In this document: piece after piece, positions 36,445-38,107 of the stretch
Numbering within the stretch: the first letter of the stretch is position 1
How the letters are laid out: the number at the start of each line of letters is the position of its first letter
From: an uncultured Thermoproteales archaeon
GTDB lineage: Archaea; Thermoproteota; Thermoprotei; Thermofilales; CAYSTQ01
DNA length: 38,107 nt
Direction: 5' to 3'
Assembly: GCA_964433855.1 (NCBI GenBank)
Contig: CAYSTQ010000001.1
Location: 1-38,107 of the forward strand
The notes under the pieces: model-generated
Database searches by the model: none
The model's input: only the letters and a program-made list of their open reading frames with translations
Told to the model about the DNA's origin: nothing
Translations under genes and position numbers: made by a program

Positions 36445-36500
36445 CCTCAGACCGGGTTCGTGTCATCAATCCTTCAGTACTCAGCCCAGATCATCATCTC
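36445..36500 (-). ncRNA. C/D box sRNA (2'-O-methylation guide)
   Basis: The minus strand reads ATGATGA (C) - TCTGGGCTGAGTA - CTGA (D') - AGGAT - TGATGA (C') - CACGAACCCGGT - CTGA (D). All four boxes are canonical, with spacers of 13 and 12 nt. Confidence 0.8.
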
Positions 36501-36611
36501 TGAAAGGCGTCCGAGATCACCTCCTAATCGTCATAGGTCAGCGCGGTGGAGCTCTTCATCCGCCACGAATTATTTCTAAGTCTTTCAAGCCTATATTTTT
36601 GGTGCCTGGTA

Positions 36612-36875
36612 ATGGGGCGTAGAAGACGTCGTAAACCTAAGTATCCATCTAATAAGGATATATCTGAGGCCATTGTCAGAGCCCTTAGCCATCCCTTAGT
36701 AGATCCTCAGAACTTCTACGAGAACGTGCTAGTAGAACTAAGAAGTAAAGGCTTGTACCCCGGTTTAGTCACCCCGAAAAGGGTCTGGCGCATATATGAG
36801 GAAATGATAAAAAGAAAAATTTTATATGATATATTTAATGTAGTTAAGCTAGACTCCCAAGAGCCGGAGGATTAG
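36612..36875 (+). CDS. small basic hypothetical protein (87 aa)
   Basis: MGRRRRRKPKYPSNKD... preceded by GGTG 8 nt upstream and an AT-rich TATA-like AATTATTTCTAAG. The upstream extension to 36546 in the track looks non-coding. Confidence 0.5.
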   Translation: MGRRRRRKPKYPSNKDISEAIVRALSHPLVDPQNFYENVLVELRSKGLYPGLVTPKRVWRIYEEMIKRKILYDIFNVVKLDSQEPED

Positions 36876-37010
36876 ACCATCGCAAAAGCCTGTATAAGAA
36901 CTTGGACACTCCAAGATGAATACGGAACATTCACGACATACTGTTTCCTTTATAAACCCTAAGAAATTTATCTGGTAACCGAAACGTAGTAGTTTGTGAC
37001 GGTGACCTTA

Positions 37011-37478
37011 ATGTACACTCCCTCAGTGCCGTTTGTGCCGACTCCGGAACCTGTAGCGCGCAAAATGCTTGAACTAGCAGAAGTAAAGCCCGGAGAACTA
37101 GTTTACGATTTAGGGTGTGGCGATGGCAGAATAATAATTCTAGCCGCAACTGAGTTTGGCGCTAGAGCCATAGGCATAGAAATACGGAAGGATCTGGTTG
37201 AGAGATGTAGAGAGAAAATAAGGCAGTTAGGGCTGGAGGATAGAGTCAGGGTCATACATGGGGACATGTTCAAAATAGATATAGGCGACGCCGACGTTGT
37301 AACACTCTATCTGCTTACAAGCGTCAATAAAATGTTGAGACCAAAACTAGAGAAAGAGCTTAAGCACGGCGCGCGAGTGGTTTCACACGACTTTGAGATA
37401 ACTGGGTGGAAACCCGTGAAAATAGAGGAATTACACGAAAGCTGGAGAAGCCACAAGATATATCTCTATGTGCGATAG
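37011..37478 (+). CDS. aKMT: crenarchaeal protein lysine methyltransferase aKMT-like (class I SAM methyltransferase)
   Basis: MYTPSVPFVPTPEPVARKMLELAEV...VYDLGCGDGRIIILAA...LRPKLEKELKHGARVVSHDFEITGW closely parallels Sulfolobus aKMT as I recall it. A GGTGA Shine-Dalgarno site lies 5 nt upstream of the ATG. Confidence 0.8.
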   Translation: MYTPSVPFVPTPEPVARKMLELAEVKPGELVYDLGCGDGRIIILAATEFGARAIGIEIRKDLVERCREKIRQLGLEDRVRVIHGDMFKIDIGDADVVTLYLLTSVNKMLRPKLEKELKHGARVVSHDFEITGWKPVKIEELHESWRSHKIYLYVR

Positions 37479-37480
37479 AA

Positions 37481-38107
37481 GTGGCTCATACGCCAACGGA
37501 GGCGTGGAACTTGGAGAAACGACGTGACATACTATCCAGGCCAGTAGAGGATGTTCGTGTCAAACCTGATATGAAAGTCGCAGAGCTCTATGATGTATAT
37601 TCTAAAATGGGAGGATTTATGGCCAGCCACCTCGCTAAAGCTGTTGAATGCCTTATTAATATGTTAACTGACCGGAGCTGCACAGTATTCTTAGCCTTTA
37701 CAGCAAATATGATTGCTACAGGTCTCCGGGGGATAATAGCGGACGTCGTCCGCCGAGGTTTAATAGACGTTATAGTTACGACCGGGGGCACCATAGATCA
37801 CGATATAGCAAAAGCTGTAGGTGGCAAGTACTTCCATGGCGACTTCGGTTTTGACGACGTCATGCTTAAAAACCTTGAAATACATAGGCTCGGAAACGTT
37901 CTCGTACCTCTTGAAAGCTACGGGCCAATAATAGAGAAGTTTACCTTCAAGTTACTTGACGAACTTATAGAGGAAAAGGAGATATGGACGCCTAGCGAAA
38001 TACTTTATAAAGCAGGGCAACGCTTAAACGACGAAAACTCCATTCTCAGACAGGCGGCTTTAAGAAAAATTCCGATATTCTCACCGGGAATAGTCGACTC
38101 AGCCTTC
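37481..38107 (+). CDS. dys: deoxyhypusine synthase, 3' partial (runs off the window, not in the ORF track)
   Basis: Hand translation gives ...MGGFMASHLAKAVECLINML...FLAFTANMIATGLRGIIADVVRRGLIDVIVTTGGTIDHDIAK...HRLGNVLVP. A GTG start at 37481 is plausible. The frame is open to 38107. Confidence 0.85.
   Translation, partial: MAHTPTEAWNLEKRRDILSRPVEDVRVKPDMKVAELYDVYSKMGGFMASHLAKAVECLINMLTDRSCTVFLAFTANMIATGLRGIIADVVRRGLIDVIVTTGGTIDHDIAKAVGGKYFHGDFGFDDVMLKNLEIHRLGNVLVPLESYGPIIEKFTFKLLDELIEEKEIWTPSEILYKAGQRLNDENSILRQAALRKIPIFSPGIVDSAF

Noticed and set aside
36517-36526. GATCACCTCC on the plus strand, identical to the 3' end of 16S rRNA. I considered an rRNA fragment or an anti-SD sequestering element.
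   Set aside because: It is only a 10-mer with no flanking rRNA-like sequence. It is too short to support any claim.
36546-36611. An N-terminal extension (MELFIRHELFLSLSSLYFWCLV) of the small basic protein in the ORF track.
   Set aside because: It uses a GTG start with no Shine-Dalgarno site and is hydrophobic junk-like. The internal ATG at 36612 has a GGTG Shine-Dalgarno site and an upstream TATA-like element.
37588-37794. A 68-aa minus-strand ORF.
   Set aside because: It lies antisense within the clearly identifiable deoxyhypusine synthase reading frame.
1-38107. Looked for CRISPR repeats, integrase, transposase or IS ends, toxin-antitoxin pairs and known defence genes.
   Set aside because: No regularly spaced repeats were seen and no recombinase-like ORFs. 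Every large ORF is either a recognisable housekeeping gene or a small hypothetical embedded in housekeeping operons.

Overview
This window looks like core chromosome from a hyperthermophilic crenarchaeon (Thermoprotei type), not an accessory island. All calls rest on family motifs read by eye; no searches were run.

**Lineage evidence:** an aKMT-type lysine methyltransferase, the bifunctional FBP aldolase/phosphatase, an intron-containing tRNA, AglB, an L44e-S27e-aIF2alpha-Nop10 string, and a PCNA-PriL-PriS-GINS string. Genes are tightly packed, often with 4-30 nt overlaps.

**Gene content:** about 50 genes, mostly information processing.
- Translation: SRP54, uL16, the uL11-uL1-P0 operon, eS27, eL42, aIF2alpha, ABCE1, AlaRS, NAC, deoxyhypusine synthase.
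- RNA modification: Pus10, TrmY, a Trm14-like enzyme, a THUMP-only protein, RtcA, Cgi121, Nop10, and one C/D box sRNA.
- Replication: PCNA, PriL, PriS, GINS.
- Other: AglB, two tRNAs, and several hypotheticals.

**What is absent:** I see no CRISPR array, integrase, transposase or recognisable defence gene, so I cannot point to a clear-cut new multi-gene system.

**Most unusual items found by direct reading:**
1. An unannotated 33-codon Glu/Trp microprotein gene with a strong Shine-Dalgarno site. It is in frame with, and 3 nt upstream of, a TFS paralogue that lacks the catalytic C-terminal zinc ribbon. Both sit just upstream of ABCE1.
2. A roughly 720-nt AT-rich non-coding zone around two tRNA genes. 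It carries a near-consensus ORB core (TTCCAGTGGAAAAC) plus extra TCCAGT half-sites, making it a candidate replication origin with no adjacent orc1/cdc6 gene.
3. A Pus10 gene that loses about a third of its length at a 60-nt overlap with a convergent MtdA-like gene.
4. A P0 stalk protein with no acidic C-terminal tail, in an operon with no P1 gene.
5. A tightly coupled trio of unknown function: a membrane protein, a RecA/KaiC-fold protein with no P-loop, and an RNase H-fold (YqgF-like) protein.
6. A canonical C/D box sRNA and an 18-nt perfect palindrome upstream of the PCNA operon.
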